From a virus: a stretch of DNA of 64,000 nucleotides. Shown piece after piece: positions 17,450 to 27,419 of this stretch (position 1 is its first letter; each line of letters opens with the position of its first letter). The notes below the pieces were generated by a model. The model was not told where the DNA came from, ran no database searches, and was given only the letters and a program-made list of their open reading frames with translations. Made by a program: the position numbers and the translations under genes. Location of the stretch: positions 64,001-128,000 of IMG/VR virus record IMGVR_UViG_3300029922_000017, one strand, 5' to 3'.

Positions 17450-17534
17450 ACATATAAATATATAACCACCGACCTTTACGTTGAAAAATCTTTAAATATT
17501 ATTTGACAAATAAAAAATTTCTGATAGTATGTTG

Positions 17535-17618
17535 GTGTTATTAGGTGTTCATCTAGTGGAAGGATACCGTGCCATCCAGCCGGTTACGGGAGTTCGATTC
17601 TCTCATGCTTAATGACAT
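17535..17618 (+). pseudogene. degenerate tRNA or tRNA-like RNA without CCA
   Basis: D-loop TAGTGGA, T-arm GGGAG-TTCGATT-CTCTC, irregular anticodon arm, acceptor stem extended to about 14 bp. Confidence 0.55.
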
Positions 17619-17872
17619 ATTAATTTTGGTTTCTCGTAAGAGATTATCCAAATCTATGAATGAAGTCCCATTGAGGTGTATCGCAATGGAATAAATTGAA
17701 GGATAAATCAGATATTAACTAGGCTCCTTCACTAGCTGAAATAGATTAAAAACAGTCTATTAATACCTTGTATAAGGAATTATATTAATGGACACCATTT
17801 AAGCCGGTAATTAATTTTGATTGATATTTCATACTATCAATAAGATTTAGTTACTGGCTTTTTAATTTTACT

Positions 17873-18316
17873 ATGAATTCTGATATTATAATCTATTCGG
17901 ATGGTTCTTGTTCACCCAACCCTGGTATTGGAGCATGGTGTTGTATTATTAAATTTAATGGTAATGAATTAATACAGACTGGAACCGAATTAAAATCTAC
18001 TAATAATCGAATGGAAATAATGGGTATCTATCAATGTTTAAAACAAATTGTGAAGTATGGATATAAGAATATTAAAATAGTAAGTGATAGTAAATATCTT
18101 GGATATGGATTACGATTTAACAGTATCCGATTAAATAAAGCAAAAACTCCTAATTTAGATATATGGGTTCCCCTTCATAAAATAAAGAAAGATAATAATC
18201 TAAAAATTAGATGTGAATGGATTAAAGGTCATATGGGACATATTGAGAATGAAAGATGTGATAAAATAGCTACTCAAGTAAGAAATGAATTTAAGCGGCA
18301 ACAGTCTTTATTATAG
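17873..18316 (+). CDS. rnhA: ribonuclease HI
   Basis: YSDGSC..NPG.G, TNNRME, SDSKY, N.DIW, WIKGH.GH.ENERCD motifs. Confidence 0.92.
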   Translation: MNSDIIIYSDGSCSPNPGIGAWCCIIKFNGNELIQTGTELKSTNNRMEIMGIYQCLKQIVKYGYKNIKIVSDSKYLGYGLRFNSIRLNKAKTPNLDIWVPLHKIKKDNNLKIRCEWIKGHMGHIENERCDKIATQVRNEFKRQQSLL

Positions 18317-18329
18317 TAATAATCTTTCC

Positions 18330-18840
18330 AAAACCTCCCCACCCTCCATAACATTATGGAAGTTGGAGGAGGCACACCGTAAGACTTAGTTTATCCTTGA
18401 CTCTTACCATTATTAAAATAATGTCCCTCGCAAGGTATAGTTTTATTTCAAGTCGAACTTTACTAGCCAAGCTATCGCTGTCTTTGTGTTTGTGATGATA
18501 TAATTATCCACTACTAGCAACTGGCTTCTCAGCTTCTTAACGACATTCGATTAATAACACTCAAGCTTCATTTAAATTCAGTCCACTTGATAGTATCTGT
18601 CGTATCTAAACAACATATTATAATCGAGAGTTTATTGTTATAGGATTGCCCTCTGTCCTACTAGTTCATTCCAACTATTAAGTATTTAATTGAGTAATTG
18701 TAAAGTTATAATTAGTTAAGTATAAAAATAAAAAATTGCGTATTTTTGTTGATTAATTGCTTAAAAGAATCGAATGATAGAAGACCAAAAATACGCAAAT
18801 TCAAATTAAATCATTCAACAATTCTTTTAAGCAAATATAC
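18330..18840 (-). ncRNA. putative long structured RNA ending in a terminator hairpin
   Basis: About 500 nt without ORF, crossing inverted repeats at 18736-18834, strong hairpin plus T-run at 18330-18372 on the minus strand. Confidence 0.4.
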
Positions 18841-18892
18841 ATATATGTTAGAAATTCTAAAATACAAAAAATCTTAAATTATTTTTGACTTA

Positions 18893-19273
18893 TTATAGTT
18901 TAACCATTCCAGTTGAAGTAGAATAATAGACATCAGTAATACCAAACCGTTTAATTATGGATTGGCAACCTCCACATGGTTTACTCATGGCAATCTGTCC
19001 TTCATTATTGTGCCGGATAACAATCATAGAATATTTTGATAAATCATCCTGTTGCATTTTCAAACAACTGTCCAATTCTGCGTGAATTCCAACCGTCTCA
19101 GTATGGTAAGGATGATATTTATTGAAGGGATGAGTGCGATTTTTATTAAATCCAATCTTTACTATTTTACCCTTAAACACAATAAAAGCTACATGACAAC
19201 TCCGCATTGATTGAACCGTAGGATGGAGAGCTTTAGCAATATCAATGGCTCGGTTTAATGTTCTCAAATTCAT
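18893..19273 (-). CDS. cytidine/dCMP deaminase family protein
   Basis: HAE and SKPCGGC zinc motifs. Confidence 0.8.
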   Translation of the reverse strand: MNLRTLNRAIDIAKALHPTVQSMRSCHVAFIVFKGKIVKIGFNKNRTHPFNKYHPYHTETVGIHAELDSCLKMQQDDLSKYSMIVIRHNNEGQIAMSKPCGGCQSIIKRFGITDVYYSTSTGMVKL

Positions 19274-19303
19274 ATAAAAAGTATATGAATATAATACTAA
19301 ATG

Positions 19304-19822
19304 TCAATTATTATAATTGGGAATCGTATGGGAAGCAATTGGCTTGAATAAGGAAGTAGAAAAGAATGCAACTAATTTTACTTGTGAATGTGCGGCATCT
19401 TTACGGAACTTCATTTCCCAACCAGTTCCTTGTTGGTCATTGGGATTAGCATCAGCTAAAGCCAATAGTTCTTTAGCCTTAGTCTTAATTTCCGCAGCAT
19501 TGAATATATTTAGCTTACCATGTCTATCAACGACAATATATAATTGAGCCTTGGATTGTAAGTCTCTACCTTCAATATCTCTATCCCAATCCTTGATTAT
19601 CTCATAGATTATGTCAGACCCCGATTCCCGTTGTTTCAATTGAAAGGATAACTTACCACCGGCTTTAGGAAGAATGAAGCCATCAATTTTATCCTTCATG
19701 TCATTTTGAGTAGTGGGTTCTTGTATATTATACCCTTTACTCCGAAGAAAATCAATAATTTCTAATTCTCGACTCTTACCAAGAGTAACTCTAGTATTAT
19801 AATCAGTTACAGTGTTTAACAT
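19304..19822 (-). CDS. putative PD-(D/E)XK-like nuclease
   Basis: G...E, KIDGFI, FQLKQR pattern. Confidence 0.45.
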   Translation of the reverse strand: MLNTVTDYNTRVTLGKSRELEIIDFLRSKGYNIQEPTTQNDMKDKIDGFILPKAGGKLSFQLKQRESGSDIIYEIIKDWDRDIEGRDLQSKAQLYIVVDRHGKLNIFNAAEIKTKAKELLALADANPNDQQGTGWEMKFRKDAAHSQVKLVAFFSTSLFKPIASHTIPNYNN

Positions 19823-20048
19823 AGATATAAATATACCTATTAATTATTAAATGTCAATGTTTATGATGCTTGCCGCAACCACAATTGTCATTGTGCATAT
19901 CTTTATTGGGAGATTTCTTCATATTATGAAGATATAAGTCTAATACTACCCCAATACCAATTACCAACACAACAACAATATCAAGAATAATATCTTTCAT
20001 AATAACAATATAAGATTTAGAGATGGATATAACTCAAAAGGATGGAAA

Positions 20049-20255
20049 CTACTTGGTTAAGTGGGCAGTGTATTTTTGTTGTATAATTTCAAATGCTTCT
20101 TGCGGTTTATTATTCCTAGTGTATCCCATAACTTCAACTTCACATTTAGGATTGTTACAATATAACGACATTCCATATGAAATATCATTTGGATGAAAAA
20201 CATCACCAGTCTGGATTGCTAATTGGATATTGCATATAGGGCAAATATAATTCAT
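20049..20255 (-). CDS. zinc-ribbon hypothetical protein
   Basis: CPIC...CNNPKC. Confidence 0.6.
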   Translation of the reverse strand: MNYICPICNIQLAIQTGDVFHPNDISYGMSLYCNNPKCEVEVMGYTRNNKPQEAFEIIQQKYTAHLTK

Positions 20256-20347
20256 ATTTAAGATTATACTTGTTTTAGTTCCATTGTCAAATAAAAAATG
20301 CCGAAGAAATTAATCCTCGGCATCTTCGAGTAATCCATCGCTAAATC

Positions 20348-20983
20348 TTAATCAAGATAACCCTTATCAATTATCACTTTACCAATCATCTTGGATTTGA
20401 GAAACTTCTTATATCCAGCCCTACCATTAGCATTATTCTCAATTCCTTCAATGAAGTTTGGATTTTGCTTAACAATCTTAACTTTCCGCCAAAGATAATC
20501 CAAAATTCCATAATAATTCTTATGGGGATATTGAAAACGGGCAATATCATCCATCTTGATGAAATGACCTTGGGCATCCCGCTTTAACTTCAAATGACTG
20601 TCATTACCGTAGATACGATTAGCCGCTTTCTTAATCCAGTTAGGAGCCTTCGGCAAATCATTCAAATTATCAAATGTCTTACCTTTAACGGTAACGGAAC
20701 CCTTTGCCTTATGACACCAACCATGACATTTCTTAATTGGAGTCGTTTTAGGAGCCTTGCCGAAAGTGGCAACCAAATTAAGATTGGACGGTTGTTTCCA
20801 ACCAACAATTTGACCAGTCACAATATCAATGGTCAAATCAACATAATCACCCGACACATCTTCCCCGAACCAACTAGGAACATACCCATCATGGAGTCTG
20901 CCAATTTGCTTACCAGTCTCATCATGGAGACTGGCAAACAGTAAGTTGGAACATTTAGCACTAATTTTAAGAGTTGTATTCAT
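20348..20983 (-). CDS. hypothetical protein with RDxxGxF motif
   Basis: DGYVP..GDYV N-terminal region, NDSHLKLKRDAQGHFIK motif. Confidence 0.7.
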   Translation of the reverse strand: MNTTLKISAKCSNLLFASLHDETGKQIGRLHDGYVPSWFGEDVSGDYVDLTIDIVTGQIVGWKQPSNLNLVATFGKAPKTTPIKKCHGWCHKAKGSVTVKGKTFDNLNDLPKAPNWIKKAANRIYGNDSHLKLKRDAQGHFIKMDDIARFQYPHKNYYGILDYLWRKVKIVKQNPNFIEGIENNANGRAGYKKFLKSKMIGKVIIDKGYLD

Positions 20984-21015
20984 ATACGAGTATTATACTG
21001 ATTTTAGATTGATTG

Positions 21016-21486
21016 TCAAATACTATCGTGAGCCTTTACAATTTCCTTGATAACATCATAAGGAAACGTCTGACAACCAACTTTGACATCATCCTTGGAA
21101 ACAATAGCGGCATAATTGCCATTCAACTTGACTTCCTTGGTCTTCGGCCTCGGCTTAATATAATCTTCACGAAAAGTGAATAAATCAAATTCATTCCGAA
21201 ATCCGGCCATGAAGTTCGAAACTATGAATGATTTTTCAAATTTAATCAAATATCCATAGCCAGTATTAAGAAAAATTCGGGGACTATGAATTGTTCCATT
21301 ATAACCATCAACCACAACTTCATCCCCAATTTTATAGGCTGGATTGACCTCAGTTGCAACTTTGCGAATATATTGGTATCCATTGGCTTGGTGCCAATTA
21401 TTACTCACCATCCACTTTCCATCATAATACTTATCCCCTTCGAGGACGGTTTCATTTCGTTCGAGTTCTCTCCAACCGGTAGGTAT
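21016..21486 (-). CDS. VGCQ-family paralogue of 5689-6156, canonical start missing
   Basis: Frame open from ATA at 21486 (IPTGWREL..EGDKY) to VKVGCQTFP. Confidence 0.6.
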   Translation of the reverse strand: MPTGWRELERNETVLEGDKYYDGKWMVSNNWHQANGYQYIRKVATEVNPAYKIGDEVVVDGYNGTIHSPRIFLNTGYGYLIKFEKSFIVSNFMAGFRNEFDLFTFREDYIKPRPKTKEVKLNGNYAAIVSKDDVKVGCQTFPYDVIKEIVKAHDSI

Positions 21487-21690
21487 GTTTTGTTAAATGT
21501 CAAATTAATTTTTTGGCTGGTTTTCCCAACAATCCATAACGTGCTCAATTTCAGTGAAAGTTAATGATTGATAATCACATAGTGTCAAAACTGGTTCGCC
21601 ACAACTTTCCACCACACCACCAACTTGGCGGTTGGCGGAATAAATAATCATACCATCCTTAACTTTTTCACAGTAGATATTCATAAATTG

Positions 21691-21948
21691 TTAAACTCTG
21701 GAATATTCATACAAATTCAAATGCTGGACAAATTCATCATGGGTTCGCAAGGGAGCATTGTAGCAACTAGACGGATTGCCGCTAACACCCCCAAAAATAT
21801 ATTTATGCTCCATGTGAACTGGAATTCTAATAACTGTGCAGACATCTCCAGAGTCTTTATATTGGAACATTTGACCAGCCTCGACGGAAGTAATTAATGG
21901 ATTGCCATATTTGGATTGACACTGGTATTCAACTTTATATTCGGTCAT
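21691..21948 (-). CDS. hypothetical protein
   Basis: Leaderless 85-aa ORF. Confidence 0.6.
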   Translation of the reverse strand: MTEYKVEYQCQSKYGNPLITSVEAGQMFQYKDSGDVCTVIRIPVHMEHKYIFGGVSGNPSSCYNAPLRTHDEFVQHLNLYEYSRV

Positions 21949-21978
21949 ATGAGAATTATATAGATTTAAGCGGCAATG

Positions 21979-22215
21979 TCAATAATCAAAGTGAATTAAA
22001 ACCTTATCATGTTCTTCCCGAATACCCATAGTATAAAACCAACATTCCAATGCACTATTACTATGGGGAAATTCAACATCGCCAACTTCATAATCAACAT
22101 ATGTCCCATTATGAGGATGTAAATCCATATTCCTACAATATTCATTTATATCATCCCACAATTCTGCTGGCATCACCGTATGTTCAATAATCGGATATGT
22201 CTTTAATTTATTCAT
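21979..22215 (-). CDS. hypothetical protein
   Basis: 78 aa; stop inside next -35. Confidence 0.6.
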   Translation of the reverse strand: MNKLKTYPIIEHTVMPAELWDDINEYCRNMDLHPHNGTYVDYEVGDVEFPHSNSALECWFYTMGIREEHDKVLIHFDY

Positions 22216-22218
22216 AAA

Positions 22219-22404
22219 TTATACAGAAATAAATTCAACTTCAAGCGGATACCCATCCCTACCGGCGAACTTTCTCCGCATCTCTGGAGTGTCATTATAC
22301 TGTGTAGCTTTGGCGGCATCCATTGTAATAAACCCATGGCAACCATTCCGTATGTGATATATGCCGGTAGCCTTACAACGAACAATCATTTTCTTCATAT
22401 TCAA
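22219..22404 (-). CDS. hypothetical protein
   Basis: 61-aa ORF after promoter. Confidence 0.55.
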   Translation of the reverse strand: MNMKKMIVRCKATGIYHIRNGCHGFITMDAAKATQYNDTPEMRRKFAGRDGYPLEVEFISV

Positions 22405-22487
22405 ATCATTCTATCCATTATAGATTAAAAGTCAAATACAAAATAATTCAAATAAACTATTGACTAAAATCTAAAATCTGGTATTCT

Positions 22488-22540
22488 ATTGGTGTGAGGC
22501 GACCCACAAGGCTCCGGAAGGGAGTTCCGCCTGCACTAAT
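22488..22540 (+). ncRNA. small GC-rich hairpin RNA
   Basis: Promoter 22460-22487, then GGTGT-AGGCG...CTCC-GGAA-GGGAG...CGCCT-GCACT hairpin in an AT-rich context. Confidence 0.4.
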
Positions 22541-23060
22541 CACTTTAACGTTATAGTAATAAGAGTAACTATAATGCTATAATTACATAATATCGTTAAA
22601 GAATTTCTATAAAATAATACAAATTATAGGCAGTAAGGTCGGTGAAAATAAGTATTATTATATACATTATGGTCGGTGAAAACAGGTATAAAAATAACGA
22701 TAATAATAGAATGTAATTATAATAACATTGAATAGCTGTATTTTATAATAACGATAATATTTTTATATATTTTATACTTGGTAGGAGCGGTGAAAATAGC
22801 CTTATAATATTAGAAAAGGAAATAGATATATAGGCCAAATGAATGATATTTCTTAATATAAATTACTGTTATCGGTGAATTTGGCGTCAATTTATAGGTA
22901 ATTTTTATTTTTATATATTATTTTTATGTTATCACTATGAACACCACATATATAGATAATATTCTCTATTAAGAATAATATAAATAAGCTAATAATAAAC
23001 CTTATTTTTATAATCTGACCATCCATTTTCCAACAGATTTTTCCCCTTAATATTTAATAA
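22541..23060. other. very AT-rich non-coding region, candidate origin or control region
   Basis: No ORF, four CGGTGAA copies, repeated ATAACGATAATA. Confidence 0.35.
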
Positions 23061-23062
23061 GA

Positions 23063-23464
23063 TTAAGGCTCAAACTTACCCGTTGCTACTAATAGGGCAT
23101 CGGCTAATTGGGCAGGAGTTTGTTTTAATGCTTTAAACATATTATCAATCTCATCATCCTCCCGACTAAACAGAGACTTCATTATTTTTCTACGAATAGG
23201 TCTATCTTGTTTTTGAATGATGGGGAGGATAGCATCATATGAGGAATAATAACTAGGAAGGAAAGGAATATATCTAATATTTCCATTGGGTAGTTTAGTA
23301 GAAAGTTTGGAGCCGACACTTAACCAGTAGGCTCTTTGGATTTCATCTCTGGGTTTAGCTAGCTTTATATTTTCTCCGGTAGAATTTTCCCACACTTCAT
23401 AACCATCAAATAGGGCTAGAGTATATATTTTCTGTTCTAAGAGGGCATCTGATATTTTAGTCAT
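23063..23464 (-). CDS. hypothetical protein
   Basis: 133-aa ORF. Confidence 0.6.
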   Translation of the reverse strand: MTKISDALLEQKIYTLALFDGYEVWENSTGENIKLAKPRDEIQRAYWLSVGSKLSTKLPNGNIRYIPFLPSYYSSYDAILPIIQKQDRPIRRKIMKSLFSREDDEIDNMFKALKQTPAQLADALLVATGKFEP

Positions 23465-23753
23465 AAAATATTTATTATCTTATTTATATTCTGATAAGAG
23501 TGTCTGTAATACTTTAGGTATTCCTCGAAGGAAGGCTTTATCTAAAAGTATTAGATACCTTTTATATTCTTTATTGGTAAGGTTGCCGCCGTTTCTTTTG
23601 TCCATTAGGACTTCATATTCTTTTTCTTCTTCGGGATTCATAATTATAAGATAAATTTTATTAAGATACATCAATCAATGTAATATGCCATCCGTAGTAA
23701 GACTATTCCAATTACTACAAATATGATTATTAATGATATATCCATAATATTTA

Positions 23754-24002
23754 TTAGCTTATTTCTATTCCTTCTAATTGGTCTTTCTTACAGACACTAC
23801 ATACGGTATCATCTGCTGCCACGTGTCCTTTACAGAATCTACAAGGGTAACATAAGGGGAGTCCCATTAATGAGAATTCTTCATCTTTACAGATATAACA
23901 ATTTGCATCATAAACATCGGAGCCGCTTCTTAGTTCAGGATGTTCTAATCCTTGGGTGAGCATCCAATAACAAGGGTCATTTTTTTGCAAAGGTTTACTC
24001 AT
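23754..24002 (-). CDS. Cys-rich hypothetical protein
   Basis: Three CxxC pairs. Confidence 0.65.
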   Translation of the reverse strand: MSKPLQKNDPCYWMLTQGLEHPELRSGSDVYDANCYICKDEEFSLMGLPLCYPCRFCKGHVAADDTVCSVCKKDQLEGIEIS

Positions 24003-24115
24003 ATAAATTAGTTTATTTTTGTATAATAAAAGCTATACCGGCTCCTAGTGCTATTAGTATCACTATCCATCCAATATAATTTTCGGCTGATGTCATGTTC
24101 TTTACTATGCCGCCA

Positions 24116-24565
24116 TTAATATTCCAATTCGGAACTTTTTAACACCCTAACAAGTTTAATACCATCACACAAAACAGTTCCAATCGGAGTTGTTCCAATC
24201 ACCGGCCAAACACGGTTTCGAATATCAAAAACATATTCATTATTCCAAAAATCCATCACTATTCCAACCGGAGTAATGTGGGTTGGAATTGATTTATAAT
24301 CGCCACATGACACTCCAACAGCTTCGGCTTCGGCAATAACGACATTTCCGCTTTCCAATTCAGGTTCGGAAATATATCGGAGGGCATTCTCTAAACTCGA
24401 AAATGCAAATAACTTTCCAAATTTGGGATAGGTATAGTTTGTGCGGCTATATCGGAGACATGGAATTGAATTTTTTTCAACTCTAATTTCAGTATAGCTT
24501 TTAAGATAAGAATATAGTTTCTTATTGTGCCGAGCGAGTAATTTATATACTTTAGTTGTGTTCAT
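24116..24565 (-). CDS. hypothetical protein
   Basis: 149-aa ORF. Confidence 0.65.
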   Translation of the reverse strand: MNTTKVYKLLARHNKKLYSYLKSYTEIRVEKNSIPCLRYSRTNYTYPKFGKLFAFSSLENALRYISEPELESGNVVIAEAEAVGVSCGDYKSIPTHITPVGIVMDFWNNEYVFDIRNRVWPVIGTTPIGTVLCDGIKLVRVLKSSELEY

Positions 24566-24721
24566 ATTTAATTTTTATTCTGTTTAGTTGCCACCACCGA
24601 TGCCAGTCCTAACATTGCCAGTTTTGGTTGATTATAAATCATACCAGCCAAAAAACTAACCCATCCAAGATAAAACCCAATGGTAATCATAATTGAGAAT
24701 ATATCAGATATAGATTGATTG

Positions 24722-25186
24722 TCAAGCAATAACGGGGGATGCCGGAACAAAATCAACGACTGCCTCACTCGGATATTCACGGTTCCATGCACGTTTCACG
24801 CCTTCAATCGTCAATTTAAACGATTTCCCATCTTTAACCCGTTCACCGACAACCGGAAACTTATGGGAACGAGTATTCAGTCCACGGATAGTAAAGCGTT
24901 CACCATTGACATATGTAATTTCTTTGTTAAGCATATCCGGTTTAAGTCCATAAGATAGGGCATAAACATTAAATTGTGAAGCGTGTGGGCTAGTTTTAAT
25001 GACTGTCCCATCCGGTGCAACTTGTGAAACTGCGCCTTGAAACTTAAACGTGGCAGTGTTAGCATCAAATCTGGCTCCATTATAATTCAATGAAATGCCA
25101 TATTTATCCTCAACGGTTTTCAATGCGATTTTCAAATCAGCCGCAATGAATTTCAGGTTGGTTCTATCGAATGAGTTAATTTTCAT
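24722..25186 (-). CDS. hypothetical protein
   Basis: Leaderless start MKINSFDR after promoter 25194-25221. Confidence 0.7.
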   Translation of the reverse strand: MKINSFDRTNLKFIAADLKIALKTVEDKYGISLNYNGARFDANTATFKFQGAVSQVAPDGTVIKTSPHASQFNVYALSYGLKPDMLNKEITYVNGERFTIRGLNTRSHKFPVVGERVKDGKSFKLTIEGVKRAWNREYPSEAVVDFVPASPVIA

Positions 25187-25557
25187 ATTTGAGAGTATAT
25201 TGATTTTAGATTGATTGTCAATCTTTATTTTCTTCGGGTTCATTTTTGTCGAGAAATGATACACAGTAAATATCGCCACCACTCGACTCGGTCACTGTTT
25301 CTTCACAGTGGGAGCAACTACTATAATATTCCATATTATATTTCTTGGCTAATTTAATTAATTCCTGCTCGAATTTTTTGTTCATGGTTGAGAGTATATT
25401 GATTTTAGATTAAATGTCAAGGGCTATTTACGGTATCGTTAAAATATTAAAATAATGATATTCTGAATAATAAAACATAATAAATACAAATCCTCGGTGA
25501 AAATGCCGCTTTTAAAATAAGTTGATTGTTTTAATACTATAAGGTATTATATTACCA

Positions 25558-25866
25558 ATGGATAATAAACGTGAAATAAGTAGATTATTATTGGAAGCAT
25601 TACAACTTCTGGATAATAGCAGACTCTTGAATAAGAGCGTATCGTTCACCAATAAATTGATAGATGAGTTAAATATCGAGGAGAATATTGATGATATTAA
25701 AATATATCATCAATCAAAGATATTGTGGAGCCGCCTTAAAATAGATTATCAAGAACTGATTAAAATTGAAACGGAGTATGAAGTCATACGATTGAAAGTA
25801 AATAAATTAGGCCGAGAAGTATTGCCTCCCCTAGAGCCATCGGAACCAATGGACTTTGAATTTTAA
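25558..25866 (+). CDS. hypothetical protein
   Basis: 102-aa ORF convergent with the fibre-like gene. Confidence 0.5.
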   Translation: MDNKREISRLLLEALQLLDNSRLLNKSVSFTNKLIDELNIEENIDDIKIYHQSKILWSRLKIDYQELIKIETEYEVIRLKVNKLGREVLPPLEPSEPMDFEF

Positions 25867-27224
25867 ATCCAGGTCGTTCCGTTATAAACTGTAGTGTGGT
25901 GGGTGGTAAAGTTATATGCCAGCAGTCCTTCCTCTGGTGAACTGATAGTCGTGTGGTCTGGCAATTGATATCCATTGGAACTACGGGTAGTTCCAGCAAC
26001 ATCCAATTCATAATATGGTGTTGGAGTTCCCACTCCTAACTTATTAGGAACAGAGGCATTACCGTTTGTTAAACACCCTATTACAAGTCCACCGTAATTA
26101 AAATCATAGATACCACAGCTATACTCACCATTTACCAAAGGGTCGGTCACTAACCCAACGTGTTGCGTGGTGCTAATAACCTGAATAATGGCTTGAACCG
26201 AACTAACACTTTTAGCAACTATACCGCCATTTCCTAAAGAAGTATTAAAATAAGTATTGCCCCAGTAGTCACTTGAAATCCAATTTTGGCCACCATTATA
26301 GAATAAATTGCCAGTAAAATTAATGTCACCAGCAACATCCAAGGTATATTGTGGGTTACTTGTTCCAATACCTACATATCCACCACTGGAATTTAGATAT
26401 GAATTATTTCCATTAGTTCCAATGTAATAGGTTTCATTCTTGTCCGATATATTACCATTACTTTCTACTACAAAACCACCATTAGCCACAGAAACAAACA
26501 AATTACCAGTCTGAATCTGTAGGTTTGTATTACCATAGCCGTCATCTAGTTGAAGATAGTTGGCATTTACATAAGCACTATTACCTATTATACCACTAAC
26601 ATCCAAGTTATATTGTGGGTTATTTGTTCCAATACCTACATATCCACCATTGTTATTTAGATATGAGTTGTCACCATTTGCACCAATGTAATAATCATTT
26701 GAGCTATTACCAATATCTCCATTAACATCTAATGTGAACTGGGGATTGAATTGATTAATACCAACCAAACTCGCAGACAATAGGACATTACCTTGGATGC
26801 CACCAGTTTGGACATGGCCGCTGCCAGCATTTATATTTACATTTCCTCCATTGCCAAGGACTCCAACTCCACTGTTGAGGTTTAAATTGTTTCCAATTAT
26901 ATTCGTCGCAGCCGAAATGTTTAGGTCGGTTATATGGGGTGATGAAATATTGTTAACTGTAATATTTGAAATATAAGAATTGCTGCCGGTGACATAGGAT
27001 GCACTAATGGAGCTTGTTACTAGAGTTGGTGGAACATATCCAATTAAATAACTGGAGGTTACTGAATAGCTAGAACTAACTGCCACATTAGAACTTATTG
27101 CGTTTGACGCAGTAACATTTAAAAGTGACACTATACTACCAGTTCCGTTAGTAATAGTATTATCAGAATTTAGACTTACGACCGTTTGAAATGATTGGCT
27201 TACTGGTTGATTGAATAGGTTCAT
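25863..27224 (-). CDS. tail-fibre-like structural repeat protein
   Basis: Gly/Asn/Ser-rich; four VG(I/V)x(T/Q)..P.(Y/F).LDV.G repeats. Confidence 0.7.
   Translation of the reverse strand: MNLFNQPVSQSFQTVVSLNSDNTITNGTGSIVSLLNVTASNAISSNVAVSSSYSVTSSYLIGYVPPTLVTSSISASYVTGSNSYISNITVNNISSPHITDLNISAATNIIGNNLNLNSGVGVLGNGGNVNINAGSGHVQTGGIQGNVLLSASLVGINQFNPQFTLDVNGDIGNSSNDYYIGANGDNSYLNNNGGYVGIGTNNPQYNLDVSGIIGNSAYVNANYLQLDDGYGNTNLQIQTGNLFVSVANGGFVVESNGNISDKNETYYIGTNGNNSYLNSSGGYVGIGTSNPQYTLDVAGDINFTGNLFYNGGQNWISSDYWGNTYFNTSLGNGGIVAKSVSSVQAIIQVISTTQHVGLVTDPLVNGEYSCGIYDFNYGGLVIGCLTNGNASVPNKLGVGTPTPYYELDVAGTTRSSNGYQLPDHTTISSPEEGLLAYNFTTHHTTVYNGTTWI
26335..26690. repeat. internal direct repeat in the fibre gene (units 264 bp apart)
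   Basis: ACATCCAAG.TATATTGTGGGTTA.TTGTTCCAATACCTACATATCCACCA at about 26335 and 26599. Confidence 0.75.
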
Positions 27225-27230
27225 AATATA

Positions 27231-27419
27231 TTATAGGGAGTTCCATGGTAATGAAATAGTATTCCACGTCTGAGAAATGTTATTCCAAAACGTAGATGGG
27301 TCGACTGGAGTTGGTGGAATAAATTCACCTCCACCGCCAATATCACCACAAAAATCATCATCAGTAACAATATTAACCTGAAATTTCTTTCCGTTTATTA
27401 TATGTATTACTTGACGCAT
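27231..27419 (-). CDS. hypothetical protein
   Basis: 62 aa, W-x6-W-x6-W tail, upstream of fibre gene. Confidence 0.55.
   Translation of the reverse strand: MRQVIHIINGKKFQVNIVTDDDFCGDIGGGGEFIPPTPVDPSTFWNNISQTWNTISLPWNSL

Noticed and set aside
22505-22530. SRP (4.5S) RNA
   Set aside because: Shares TCCGGAAGG but lacks the CAGG/AGCA internal loop and the long stem
26335-26690. Diversity-generating retroelement template/variable repeats
   Set aside because: Both copies are in-frame units inside one gene and no reverse transcriptase is in the window
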